DNA from: Nitrospinales bacterium
Lineage (GTDB): Bacteria > Nitrospinota > Nitrospinia > Nitrospinales > VA-1
Length of the DNA: 64,000 bases
Reading direction: 5' to 3'
NCBI GenBank assembly: GCA_965262115.1
Contig: OZ253496.1
Coordinates: 32,001 to 96,000 of the forward strand
The stretch's first letter is position 1; each line of letters starts with the position of its first letter. This document shows, piece by piece, positions 1-11,940 of this stretch. The position numbers were made by a program, and so were the translations under genes. The notes under the pieces are model-generated. The model worked only from the letters and a program-made list of their open reading frames with translations. It was not told where the DNA came from and ran no database searches.

Positions 1-166
1 GAAGCTCAGAAGAGTATCCCCTCCAAGGTTCTTTAAAATTAGCATAAGTAAGAAAGGAAAGATTCCCGATACACTTAGACTACAACCATTTCCTTCCTTC
101 TAAACGCTGGTTTGGACATGCTACCAACACCATCAAATCTTTGACAATGACAATCAAAGATATTGC

Positions 167-265
167 AAATGCCAACATTGTAGTTCTCCCAGGACCTACC
201 ACACAGCACATCTAAAATGCCAACGTTGTGGTTCTCCTAGGACCTACCACACAGCACATCTAAAA
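167..265. repeat. 48-bp direct tandem duplication
   Basis: aaatgccaacattgtagttctcccaggacctaccacacagcacatct occurs at 167 and 215 with few mismatches. Confidence 0.85.
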
Positions 266-396
266 CAGTATCATGCTGTCCTCAAAAGGGAGGTACATAC
301 ATGACCCTGTTCCCGCTAAAGGAGAGAGGTATCTAAAACAGTAGCAGACTTGGTTGGAGGGCTAGCGGCTAGCAGAGAGACAACCTTTTTGTACCC

Positions 397-560
397 TACC
401 TCCTAGCAACATATCAACTACTCTACATCCTGACCTCCTAGCATCATATCAACTATTCTGCACCCTGCCTGACTCATAGCATCATATCAACTACTCTGCG
501 TCCTGATCTCCTCAACTACTCAGCGTCCTGACCTCCTCAACTACTCTGCGTCCTGACCTA
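397..560. repeat. degenerate 23-37-bp tandem repeat
   Basis: recurring cctgacctcct(agcatcatat)caactactctgc(g/a)t units. Confidence 0.7.
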
Positions 561-1097
561 GAAGCCATTGACAGAAACAGAGTAGAGCATACGATACTAA
601 CAAACACGCAGTCAGGACGAGCTCGGATGAGGTGGAGAATCAAGACATAGGTAGGACTCTATCAACCTCACATCAAATATTGACAAGTGGATATCAAGTT
701 TCCTTTCCTCCTCTTCACAGCTTTAAACTGTGGTTGGTAAACTAATGCAAAAATCACCACAGAATCGAGGAAATGGGGTTGCAGTTTACAAGTTTGTATC
801 CAAATAGAGCCCACCAATGATCACAGCTTCTGAGGCCAAGAGTAAATAAGTTTCAACCAACATAATTCAGCATTCCTAAGGGTGAAGCAAGTTGGCCGAA
901 ACTAATTAATTTAATAAACTCTATAATTTATTAAGTTTAAAACAATAAAATCTATCACAACTTAACATAATAATAAATATAATATAATACAACGAACTCT
1001 ATAATAATTTTTAAAGCTGCTATAAGATAGTCACATATCATGTTGCCATGTGATAATTGGCATTCTAATTAAGAACCACGAATGATATCCACCTTAC

Positions 1098-1277
1098 CCA
1101 AGCTACACAGTTTTCTCACCCGCCGTGTTGAGGCATCCAAAGACTTATCCAATTCTTCCAAGCACACTGAATGACAGATGCCTCTGAATCTTGCAGTCAT
1201 CTCTTCCTCTCCACTAGATATAGCACTAATAGGGAGTGTGCAGTTCTCTATCAGATCCACGCAGGAAGTATCAGTGC
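1098..1277 (-). CDS. internal exon (exon 2) of a secreted Cys-containing protein; the gene probably continues toward or beyond the left window edge
   Basis: Acceptor ttattgatcacgcag|GC, donor TTG G|gtaagg; 180 nt, phase 1-1, open: (G)TDTSCVDLIENCTLPISAISSGEEEMTARFRGICHSVCLEELDKSLDASTRRVRKLCSL(G). Phase matches the exon 1 donor at 8428. Confidence 0.75.
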
Positions 1278-1582
1278 CTGCGTGATCAATAAACAAAGGT
1301 GTGATAAATAGTTACAAAACGTACCAACAAGCTTAGCACAAAACAGAAACCAGGAATACAATATCATGAAGGCTGGTTTTAGCCGATGGAGGGACAGCGT
1401 AGTTTGACATAAATGCTGATATAGGTCGCAAAAAAACAAATCAAAACAAAAATTAACGATACATGCTTAATTTCACCTGCACATGCCCAGTAGATTGCTT
1501 TAACAATATAATACAGTAAAAAAAAAAAAGTTTACTTCTTGTTAGACAGTCACACAAGCAAAAAGGGAAAAAAAAACAACAA

Positions 1583-1900
1583 CAATGGATGACTTGTTCA
1601 TAACTCTGTCATGAAGCAGCTCTTCCAGACAGTTACTGCAGTTTCTGGAAGCTCTTCTACTGAGGAAGGCTGCACAGACACCAATGCTTACTGAAAACAA
1701 TCTGAATCTCTTCACTCCTGGATGAATTTCTTTGCTGCAAGTCTTGTTGTACACATAGAGAGCCGTAGAGATGTGTAGCTTTTGTTTGCTTGCCTCAATG
1801 GAGCTAATTCTATACCAAGCTACAGCATATTGTATTTGCATTTTAATAATATGAACAGACGATATGAAGAGTTTGAAAAGTTTATTCTTGAAAAAAAAAT
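1583..1900 (+). repeat. dispersed ~300-bp repeat family B, copy 1
   Basis: Shares collinear blocks (atgg.tga...tttgcttgcctcaatggag...taccaa.ct.cag...gaaaagtttattc..gaaaaa) with 24745-25060, 30080-30308 and the reverse complement of 53620-53917. Confidence 0.7.
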
Positions 1901-2224
1901 ATATATATAATCTGTAAGCGTAATGCAGTTGTAGTGGTCTAGGAAATGGAATGGAGGGGGAAAGGGGGGGGGAGGTTGGAAGGGAGAAAAAAAAATTGGT
2001 TTGCCAGATCTTTTTAAGCCTGAGTTGAAGTCAGTAGCTAAAGCTCTGTTCTAGCAATAGCTCTTGCTTTGCCCTACTGATGCCTACTGCCGGTGGGTGC
2101 CTAAGCCTCACCTCACAGGGAAACAGAATTGGCACCCACTAAGCATCTAGCTATGAGTGTCTAGGGCCTTGTCAGGTGGGAGTCCAGTACCTACTCTTGT
2201 CTCCCTAATAGTGATATCGGAAGG

Positions 2225-3796
2225 AATAAGAGTATAGGGTGAAAAATTCAATAAGAGTATACCCGAATAAGAGTAAAGGATGGAAAATTCAATAAGAGTA
2301 TGGACCCGAATAATAGTAAAGGATGGAAAACTCGATAAGAGTATGGACTCAAATAAGAGTAAAGGGTGGAAAACTCAATAAGAGTATGGACCCAAATAAG
2401 AGTAAAGGATGGAAAACTCAATAAGAGTATGGACCCAAATAAGAGTAAAGGATGGAAAACTCAATAAGAGTATGGACCCAAATAAGAGTAAAGGATGGAA
2501 AACTCAATAAGAGTATGGACCCAAATAAGAGTAAAGGATGGAAAACTCGATAAGAGTATGGACCCAAATAAGAGTAAAGGGTGGAAAACTGAATAAGAGT
2601 ATGGACTCAAATAAGAGTAAAGGGTGGAAAACTCAATAAGAGTATGGACCCAAATAAGAGTAAAGGGTGGAAAACTCAATAAGAGTATGGACCCAAATAA
2701 GAGTAAAGGGTGGAAAACTCAATAAGAGTATGGACCCAAATAAGAGTAAAGGATGGAAAACTCAATAAGAGTATGGACCCAAATAAGAGTAAAGGATGGA
2801 AAACTCAATAAGAGTATGGACCCAAATAAGAGTAAAGGATGGAAAACTCAATAAGAGTATGGACCCAAATAAGAGTAAAGGATGGAAAACTCGATAAGAG
2901 TATGGACCCAAATAAGAGTAAAGGGTGGAAAACTGAATAAGAGTATGGACTCAAATAAGAGTAAAGGGTGGAAAACTCAATAAGAGTATGGACCCAAATA
3001 AGAGTAAAGGGTGGAAAACTCAATAAGAGTATGGACCCAAATAAGAGTAAAGGATGGAAAACTCGATAAGAGTATGGACCCAAATAAGAGTAAAGGGTGG
3101 AAAACTCAATAAGAGTATGGACTCAAATAAGAGTAAAGGGTGGAAAACTCAATAAGAGTATGGACCCAAATAAGAGTAAAGGGTGGAAAACTCAATAAGA
3201 GTATGGACCCAAATAAGAGTAAAGGATGGAAAACTCAATAAGAGTATGGACCCAAATAAGAGTAAAGGATGGAAAACTCAATAAGATTATGGACCCAAAT
3301 AAGAGTAAAGGATGGAAAACTCGATAAGAGTATGGACCCAAATAAGAGTAAAGGGTGGAAAACTGAATAAGAGTATGGACTCAAATAAGAGTAAAGGGTG
3401 GAAAACTCAATAAGAGTATGGACCCAAATAAGAGTAAAGGGTGGAAAACTCAATAAGAGTATGGACCCAAATAAGAGTAAAGGTTGGAAAACTCAATAAG
3501 AGTATGGACCCAAATAAGAGTAAAGGATGGAAAACTCGATAAGAGTATGGACCCAAATAAGAGTAAAGGGTGGAAAACTGAATAAGAGTATGGACTCAAA
3601 TAAGAGTAAAGGGTGGAAAACTCAATAAGAGTATGGACCCAAATAAGAGTAAAGGGTGGAAAACTCAATAAGAGTATGGACCCAAATAAGAGTAAAGGGT
3701 GGAAAACTCAATAAGAGTATGGACCCAAATAAGAGTAAAGGGTGGAAAACTGAATAAGAGTATGGACCCAAATAAGAGTAAAGGGTGGAAAACTGA
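2225..3796. repeat. 43-bp minisatellite/satellite array, ~36 copies
   Basis: Unit aataagagtatggacccaaataagagtaaagg(g/a)tggaaaactc; near-identical copies with no unique spacers. Confidence 0.98.
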
Positions 3797-4097
3797 TTGC
3801 TGAACAAGTAACTATTAAACTGTAAGAAGCAATTGGCTACACTAAAGGCTGAAAACTCAGTGGAGATATGTCTATCCAAGATCTAACAATGGTGACAACT
3901 AATAAGTCTGGTGTAGTGTGTGGAAAACAATAGGGAGAAACAGAGTAGGCACACCACAGCTTCAGAGCGCCCCTTCATTTATATATACACAAGTTGCTCC
4001 GACAACTTTTAGCCTTAGCCTGGACAACATTTAGCGTATCATTGCTGGCCTGAATGCCCATTTTAATGCCCTTTAAGCAATGCATAAGGGTGGACAA

Positions 4098-4252
4098 GAA
4101 GCTCAGAGAAGCACTATGATCTAGACTTGAGGTTGGAAATAAAGCTTAGGAGAATCCTTTGTTCATGCATGAACTAGACTTCAAAAAAGAAATTCAGAGA
4201 AGCACTGTGATCTAGAGTTGAGGTTGGAAGTACAGTTTAGGAGAATCATTTG
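4098..4252. repeat. ~62-bp direct duplication
   Basis: tcagagaagcact(a/g)tgatctaga(c/g)ttgaggttggaa...ttaggagaatc occurs twice, ~91 bp apart. Confidence 0.75.
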
Positions 4253-4477
4253 CATGGCTTTTGCAGACCTTTTAAGAAAGTGCAAAAGAGAAGAAACAGA
4301 TCATATGTCAAATAAATGATATTCCAACCCATACTTCCAACCACAACCATAGATCATACTTCTGAAAGGTTTAGGTTAACAGTGTAGCTTCCTTTTCAGA
4401 GGCTCTCTGCGGTGACATAACTGCCTGGGAAGCACAGCCTCTCTGATGGGCTTGATGGGTTAACGCAGGTTGCAATA

Positions 4478-4880
4478 GCTATGGGGACACACATTGTACC
4501 ACATTACACTGGGCTAAGGATACGTCTAAGGGGGCAATCACTGGATCAACATCACACTGAACTGAGGCAGGTTGACAATAGCTCAATGGGGGCACACAGA
4601 TTAATATCACTCTAGGTTGAGGCTGATTGACAAGGACCAATATCACACTAGGTTGAGGCAGGATGACAACAGCTCTATGGGAACACACATAGACCAATAT
4701 CACACTAGGTTGAGGCAGGTTGACAACAGCTCTATACGGATCAATATCACACTAGGTTGAAGCAGGATGACAAAAGCTCTATGGGAACACACACGGATCA
4801 ATATCACACTAGGTTGAGGCAAGTTGACAACAGCGCTATGGGGACACACATGGATGAAGATCACACAGGGTTGAGGCAGG
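4478..4880 (+). repeat. degenerate ~45-60-bp minisatellite
   Basis: Units of ctatggg(g/a)acacac..gatcaatatcacactaggttgaggcaggttgacaacag. Confidence 0.85.
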
Positions 4881-5242
4881 GACTGATCTAGTCAGAATCA
4901 AAGGGGAAGGGGGTGAGGGTCCAAGTGCATTGTAACTAGTGTGACCACGCAAAGAGCTTGCACTCATGTGAGTATTTCACTTACACTGTCTCTAGTTCAG
5001 TATCGTAACATTCATTAGAAAATGAAATTCAAAAAAATCAATCAAAAGTTACAGAACCTTTATCATTCACATAGGTCAGGTGAGTGTTGTAAATAAACCT
5101 GCTGAGAACTTGTGGTGGACAGATTTTAATCTTGTGACGTACATTCATCAGAGTCAAATGCAGAAACAATCCTGTCTTCTCCCATAGTTGAACTCACAAA
5201 GTTCATCACACAAAAAAATAATAAGGCCCAGGTTATAGGATG

Positions 5243-5645
5243 TGATGAGAAGCCTAGACACACATCACGACCACACTGTACCAGGGTGGCAAGATGGTGA
5301 GGTTAGCTCCACAGCTAGTTACAGGAAGTGATGAGAAGCCGAGGTACACATCACGACCACACTGTATCTGGGTGGCAAGATGGTGAGGTTAGCTCCACAG
5401 CTAGTTACAGGAAGTGATGAGAAGCCTAGGTACACATCAGGACCACACTGTACCTGGGTGGCAAGAAGGTGAGGTTAGCTTCACAGCTAGTTTCAGGAAG
5501 TGATGAGAAGCCTAGGTACACATCAGGGCCACACTGTATCAGGGTGGCAAGAAGGTGAGGTTAGCTCCACAGCTAGTTATAGGAAGTGTATATCCTATGA
5601 TGAGAAGCTGATAAAAATTAGGTACACATCGGGATCACACTGTTT
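5243..5645. repeat. 86-bp tandem repeat, 4 copies plus a partial copy
   Basis: tgatgagaagcc starts at 5243, 5329, 5415 and 5501 (period 86). Confidence 0.95.
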
Positions 5646-6266
5646 CAGTGTCAAGATTTGTCTGGGATTTTTTCAGCTGGACCATCGTGGATACCCATCT
5701 CATTTTTTCTTCATTTTCCTAGCATACCCGGCCACCCATTATCTCCCCAAAGTTAATTTGCATTTGACATGAATACAAATGTGCCGGGTAAAGCTCCTGT
5801 ACCAACTTGATTTCCATCTCCAAATCGGCAACTAAAGTCTGCCAGCAAGTGTTAACAGATTTCCCAGAGTAATGACTCCAATAATAACTTGGGCAGTTGA
5901 GGCTGCATTGCTGGCTCACTATATTTGTCTGCCTACAATTCTCAAAATTCTCATCTCTGCACCAAGAATTTCTGAAATGTTATTGGATCTTCTTTTTCGC
6001 TCAGTCTCAATATTGCTTCTCAGAGACCATTATGCCATTTATCATGTAGTAAGCTACAGTCAAACATACCTACCATTAACTACAGTGTATAACTACAAGT
6101 CTGGGAGTATTCATATAAAGTACATTGCTTTGTGAGGGGGGTGGGAAGTCTGGGGTGATAGGCTATGCATTGGTTACAAGGGAGGGATCTGGTCAATTGG
6201 TTACAAATGGACTTCAAGGAAGGAAGGTAGGCTAAATATAAGTATATGAATATGATGACTTCTGCG

Positions 6267-6564
<298 letters not shown>

Positions 6565-6834
6565 CTGAAACCACATAGACTTTGTAGCAAAATAGGAAGT
6601 GTGATTAAAGCAGTTCCTAAGATTGTCAACAAGTTCACCACTTCACTATTACTATTTTAATTGGTGGATTAACCTCTCACATCGGGGAGAGAGAACTGGC
6701 GAGTAATGGAGGCTTCCCGGTAGGTGTTAATTAGTATAAGCATAATACAAGTCCAGAAGAACCTAATTGAAGTGCTTGGGAGGTGACTGAATGTTACTGT
6801 AGGTGTTCTGTTAGTCCAGTGTGTGGCCCTAAAG

Positions 6835-7150
6835 AGCCTGCCTCAACTCAGTGGATGATCAACCAGAATGCTCAACCCAGCAGTGTGATGGTGATCCATT
6901 GTGTGTCTCCCCTCATCCAAGTGGATGCTCAACCCAGTGTGATGTTGATCCATTGTGTCTCCCCTCAACCAAGTGGATGCTCAACCCAGTGTGATGTTGA
7001 TCCATTGTGTGTCCCCCCTCAATCCAGTGTTATGTTGGTCCAGATGTGTTCCCAAAAAGATATTGTCAACCTACTTCAACCCATCCAGTGTGTACCCCCA
7101 TAGAGCTATCCTCAACCGAGTGTGATATTGGTCGAGCATGTGGTCCCCAT
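6835..7150 (-). repeat. degenerate minisatellite; inverted relative of 4478-4880
   Basis: ctcaacccagtgtgatgttgatccattgtgt and ccccatagagct are reverse complements of motifs in the 4478-4880 unit. Confidence 0.8.
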
Positions 7151-7758
7151 TTAATCCACTTCAACTGCTCAACCAAGTATGCTGTTGATCACGACTGTGT
7201 GCTTTGCCAACAACAACCGGCTGAGAACCCTGCAAGCATTCAGGACCCTCGCGATTTGGATAACGAATTTATAAAAATAAAAATAAGATCTATGGAAATG
7301 TGAATGAATCTGAGAAATCGGCCATTTTACTGTATACCAATTTTACTGTATATCAATTTTGGTTATTGGCAATTTTCTCAGAACCTCACACATGAAGGGT
7401 GTAACAATGGAGTCTGTATATCGCCAACAGCAGGGTTTTGGTGCACCAATCAAATCACTCGGCTGAGAATCAAGAGACTACTGTAAGCACCAAGCAGTAT
7501 TTGTAAGACAGCCGAACAAAATGCCCCAATATCCAACTGGCCCACACCTGATCATCGGCTGCCTGCTTGTTCATTCCTTCCCACACAGTGTAGATCATTG
7601 CTTATTGATTTGCAGTTTGTGGCAGACGAGAAAACAGAGTTCATATACATAATTGTCAACTTTCTAGTTTAGTAAACCGGGACAAGCCAACCCAGCAGGC
7701 ATCTGTAGTAAGATGAGACCAAACAAATCATTAGTACTTATCAAATAGGATTGCGACG

Positions 7759-7927
7759 CAGACCCAGCGGAAACTAAAATGAAGTGGTCCTGCCAAAGTG
7801 AAACTGACTTTTGTAGATAACTCTGGAGGCATTTGAAGATCCCTCAAAATCTTTACTGCATCTTGGGCCATTATTGAATCTTAGCGATATAACAGATCGG
7901 CACATTCCCAAAACATAGCTCTAGCAG
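7759..7927 (-). mobile_element. partial copy of the hAT-like MITE at 22643-23192
   Basis: Reverse complement aligns with 23035-23192 (ctagagctat..tttggg, taatggcccaagatgcag, ttcaaatgcctccagag, cactttggc.ggaccactt). Confidence 0.75.
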
Positions 7928-7928
7928 C

Positions 7929-8156
7929 GATCTCGCGGACCCGCCCCTTTCGTGAATCCAAACGGTCTGAAGACTTACCCATACAATTTGTGTTTCTCTA
8001 GTAGAATTTCACTAGAGTCAATCAGATTTTCTTAGTCACATGATGGCAAGAAAAGCCATGTAAAAGCTCAAGCAGTCGTTCGTGCAAAGCCAGTGAGCTA
8101 GCCATAATGTTTCATGAAGCCTTGGCCATTGCTAAAGGGTCGGGCAACGTGAGACT
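7929..8156. mobile_element. short MITE with (A)GTCTCG...CGAGACT-type ends
   Basis: Imperfect TIRs gatctcgcggacccgccccttt / aaagggtcgggcaacgtgagact. Confidence 0.45.
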
Positions 8157-8427
8157 TGGTTACCGAGTGGAATACCAGTTTGTGTATTAGTCAATTGAGG
8201 ACAAACAATAGAAGATTTGTAAAACCAGGAGGGACAGGGAAAGGCATAAACCGGGGCAATTCTGGCAAAGCAAATATTCCTATTCATGCTGAATGTTATT
8301 GGCTTACATGTTCTAGTCCCATCCTCATATGCACAACACTGATTGTGTAAAGTTATAACAAAAAAATTCAGATTTGTCCAATTGTAGGAATTTACTAATT
8401 AATTATATAGTAGCTAATTACACGTAC

Positions 8428-8722
8428 CTGGTGCATCTGTAGTTTCTGGTGTGACTGCGCAGCCTCCTGAGCCTATTAGACCACCAGATCCTGACTGTTC
8501 GGGGTTAGGGGTAACACCAGAACCTCCCAGCCCAGGATAAGTTGTACTATCAGCTGATCTTTTCTGTCTCATTTCTTTTGGACTGGAAAATATTTCATTG
8601 ACTAAATCATAGTCTGGCATAATGGCATCGGAAGGAGCATAGCTGCGAGTTGCTAGCAATGTTGTTATGTTGAGCAATAGCTGCAGCAGTGTAATCAGGT
8701 TCCACATATTGCAAGTCTTCAT
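8428..8722 (-). CDS. first coding exon of a secreted/cell-surface protein: signal peptide, propeptide with furin site, Ser-Gly-rich linker
   Basis: MKTCNMWNLITLLQLLLNITTLLA (hydrophobic N-terminus), RQKR, GGSG/SGSG/GSGG; donor CCA G|gtacgt (phase 1); TATA-like box and CpG-rich DNA just upstream. Confidence 0.8.
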
Positions 8723-8754
8723 TGATAAACTAAGGCATGCACCTGCAGGATAAT

Positions 8755-8880
8755 AATGCGGGATTTTAATCGTGCACCAACGTGCATATCCGCTTTATAG
8801 AGGGGTCGGACATACCGCTGGACAAAAGACGATATACGCATGCGCAATGTTATCGTTCTCTGCAGCTCGAGGCTATCAGG
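8755..8880 (-). promoter_or_regulatory. putative core promoter of the 8722 gene
   Basis: TATAAAG on the minus strand at 8799-8793, ~70 nt upstream of the ATG; NRF1-like acgcatgcgca at 8836-8846; local CpG enrichment in an otherwise CpG-poor window. Confidence 0.55.
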
Positions 8881-10307
8881 GAAAGGTGTGATTAGCACAT
8901 TAATAAACCCTACTAAGCATGTTGGTAACATAGAATCTTCATCCCATGTCCTTTCTATGCGTCTAGAAGTGCTTAGCTATATTCATCACGACAAAATGGG
9001 CAGTTTTGATATTTGATCCAATGGCCAAAAAAAAAAAAAAAAATCGCTTTTTTTATTTTATTGATACGAGCTTTATCACGTGTGTAATGCAGTGACATTA
9101 ATTGGAAAATTGGTATAAGGAGTGAATTGCTAATTAACACTCAAACCACCTAAACCCACCCTATTAGGGTGTAGGAAGCAACTTTACCCCACCCACAATT
9201 TGTGACCACACTCAAGGGGGAACCTTTGTGTTGCCAAAGGGCTTCTTATGAAGGATGTCAGTAGTTTGCGAGTGATTCAGAGGTTGCTCTACAGCTGGAG
9301 TTGACTCCGGATGAGATAATGTGTAACCATCGTGCATCTGGATCGGTCATCTGCGATCTATTACTGGCACAATCGAGCCAGTCATACGCATGCATGTGAT
9401 AAAATAAAAAAATAATAATAAAACATTGAATAGCCATGGCCGTTGTGGCTCCCACGGCAACAAAAAAAAAAGGAAGGATTAACTTGTCAAAAAGAAATAT
9501 TTATTAAAATAACGAACACCAAATACGCCGGGGTTTTTTTAAAGCCTAATATTGGTCTATGAATAAGTAAAGTGGTTGACAGGAAAATTCTTGTCATACA
9601 CATTTCTTTCTTGACATATATATTTCTTTCTTGACAAGTCAACCCAAAACATATTTTTTGTTTTTAAATAAACATCCATTTTGTGTCGTTTATATATATT
9701 TGGGATGACTCCACAACCAACTAAGAGAAAGAAGCTATTCTTTTCTCTATTATTAAAGTATACACACATCCTAACATGGATCACAGGTAGTCATATAAGA
9801 GTGCACATTTTGCTGTTGTCACAAGATAGATTCTGACAAAACCAACTGATTACTTTTTTCTAATAGCAAAAACATGCAGCTGCTTTCTGACTCATCTTAG
9901 CTATATTAAATAGTGCACATATTTATTGTATTGACGGTCTTTCAGGTGCTATACTGAATCAAGAAACAGATCAGTTTCTGCAATGCACTGGACAATTTGA
10001 AATCTTCTGGAAGTAAAATTATAATGAATGGACCTGTAGTACGCAAGTTTAAGTGTGGTGTAAAAATAGATAGTAACATGGTAACATAAATATAAGATCC
10101 TAGAGGACGAATTTCATGATTTTTAACTTTTTTTCCTTTTGGGTTCACTAGTTGTGCGATGGATTTTAAGTACACAGGAAGTATTTTTGGAATTAAAATA
10201 TATAATATATAGACGTTTAGGATACTAAGAAGCAGCCACTTAGGCAGTTCTCAATTTCTAGCACCATCACATTTCTACCTTTTTAACGAACAAGCAAATA
10301 CAGGAAC

Positions 10308-10368
<61 letters not shown>

Positions 10369-11249
10369 CTATAATTATAAGTACAAGTCAGGCTTGTAAC
10401 ATCATAATATGTTTATATTCAGGTAAGAGGAGTGGGGAGGTATGGATGAACAGCAAAAGATGGAAGGTATCTAAACTATTTAATGGCATCTTCAGCCATA
10501 TAAATAAAAGAGCAATAGGAACAAGATGCTTAAGCTCACTTTGCTGTTTGCATCACTGACTAAAGAATGGTAAGGCCCTGAGCTACTGGACCGATCCTTT
10601 CCATAGTACACCAGTGACTGCTGGAGCAATCCTTTAACTTTAATGGTGCACCAACACTGAGCTTCACACTAAGCTAAAACATGTTATAAAGAAGAGATAA
10701 CAGTGTGTATGCACACATCTTGGTCCATAGGCATGGTTTGTATTTTTGTCCAATGTCTGGTCAGGTCCATGTTTCAAACCCCCCTCCCCCCTTCCCCCCT
10801 TCCCCCCCACATTTCATGCGTGAAGGTTGGGGTGGTTGTAGTCATCACTTACATGAATGATTGTTATCTAGAATTTTTTTAAGAAGGGAGGATAATGGAA
10901 GAAGAAGGAAAGGGTGCAGCATAATACACATACAATGCATTTTCCACATACTGTGCAGTACTATTTTGGAAAACTGTGCAAGGTTGTTACCAAGGACTTA
11001 CGATAAAACAAATTAAAAAGGGAGGAAGGTTGGTGCACCCACTCCAACCAAGGCATTCCATGTCTCCAGAAAAAGTTGGGGTTTTAAAAGATAAAACTTT
11101 TATTGTACAGTGCAATAATTAATATTCTTTGAATATTAATTATTTTATGAATTATTTTCAATAATCTTCAAGCTAGTACTATGAATAGAATTATTTTCAA
11201 TAATCTTCAAGCTTATACTATGTTGACCTAATATAATTCTTAGCTTCCA

Positions 11250-11745
11250 TCTGCTTCTCTAACTCTTCCAAAAAGTATATAGGATTTCTTTCTAGAATGA
11301 TATGTGATATGATATCCAAAAACTTGTAGCAAGGCAAGGTATTCACCTAGGGCAGTTGTTAGAGTGTTACAGATGCCCATCTCACCAAGACTGGCCGGAA
11401 GTGCTATGAAGTCCATTTCTTCATCACATGGAGCCTCTCTTTCACTCAACATAGGTATCAGTTTTGACCTGATGGATACTTCTAGGGGGGAAGGGGGGTC
11501 TTATATAGATTTAGGTGTTTGGGATAATTCTGGAAAGGTGAGATCAATTATTTGAAAAAGAAAGTGTGTAAGTGTGCTGCGTAGGCAGCATGTGGTTGAG
11601 ATTGGGAAATGGAAAAGAAGGTATTGAGTCTGGAGTTCCATTTCCAATGTACAGAATTCATCATCTCAATCACAAACCTATCAATGAAGGAATCCAGTCC
11701 TAGAACTATATTAGCTGAGTGTGGCCATTTTGTAGTCACCTGGTC
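11250..11745 (-). mobile_element. non-LTR retrotransposon fragment, CRE-like post-RT region, decayed
   Basis: Translations ISQSQPHAAYAA and PLEVSIRSKLIPMLSEREAPCDEEMDFIALPASLGEMGI resemble the remembered CRE-type consensus IAxSQPHAAYAA...PLExxIRxKLIPAL...LALPARLGGLGI. Confidence 0.7.
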
Positions 11746-11940
11746 TGTGCAGGAATATTCCTGCACAGTCATTGTTGTCACCTTGTCCTGTGTTCACCCT
11801 GGTCTGTGCAGGAATATGCCTGCTGAGCCAGAACTCTTTGATCTATGTGCATGCTCATGCATGAGCTATCTGGTTGGGTATTTAAAGCCTGATTTGCAAG
11901 AGTTAGAATCTTTCACAGTGAGTGTCAGAGAGAGTTAGCT

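Noticed and set aside
2225..3796. CRISPR array (also considered for 21142-21820 and 47549-47958)
   Set aside because: Whole units repeat with no unique spacers, there are no cas genes, and the context is eukaryotic
2461..3879. Repeated 72-92-aa ORFs (MSFPPFTLIWVH...)
   Set aside because: Translations of the 43-bp array, whose unit is not a multiple of 3; no coding evidence
10440..10650. Possible DIRS tyrosine-recombinase C-terminus on the minus strand (MAEDAIK*FRYLPSFAVHPYL)
   Set aside because: Resemblance too weak; catalytic HxxR and W not recognisable
11113..11225. AT-rich palindrome and 25-bp duplication
   Set aside because: Low-complexity AT sequence; no supporting structure
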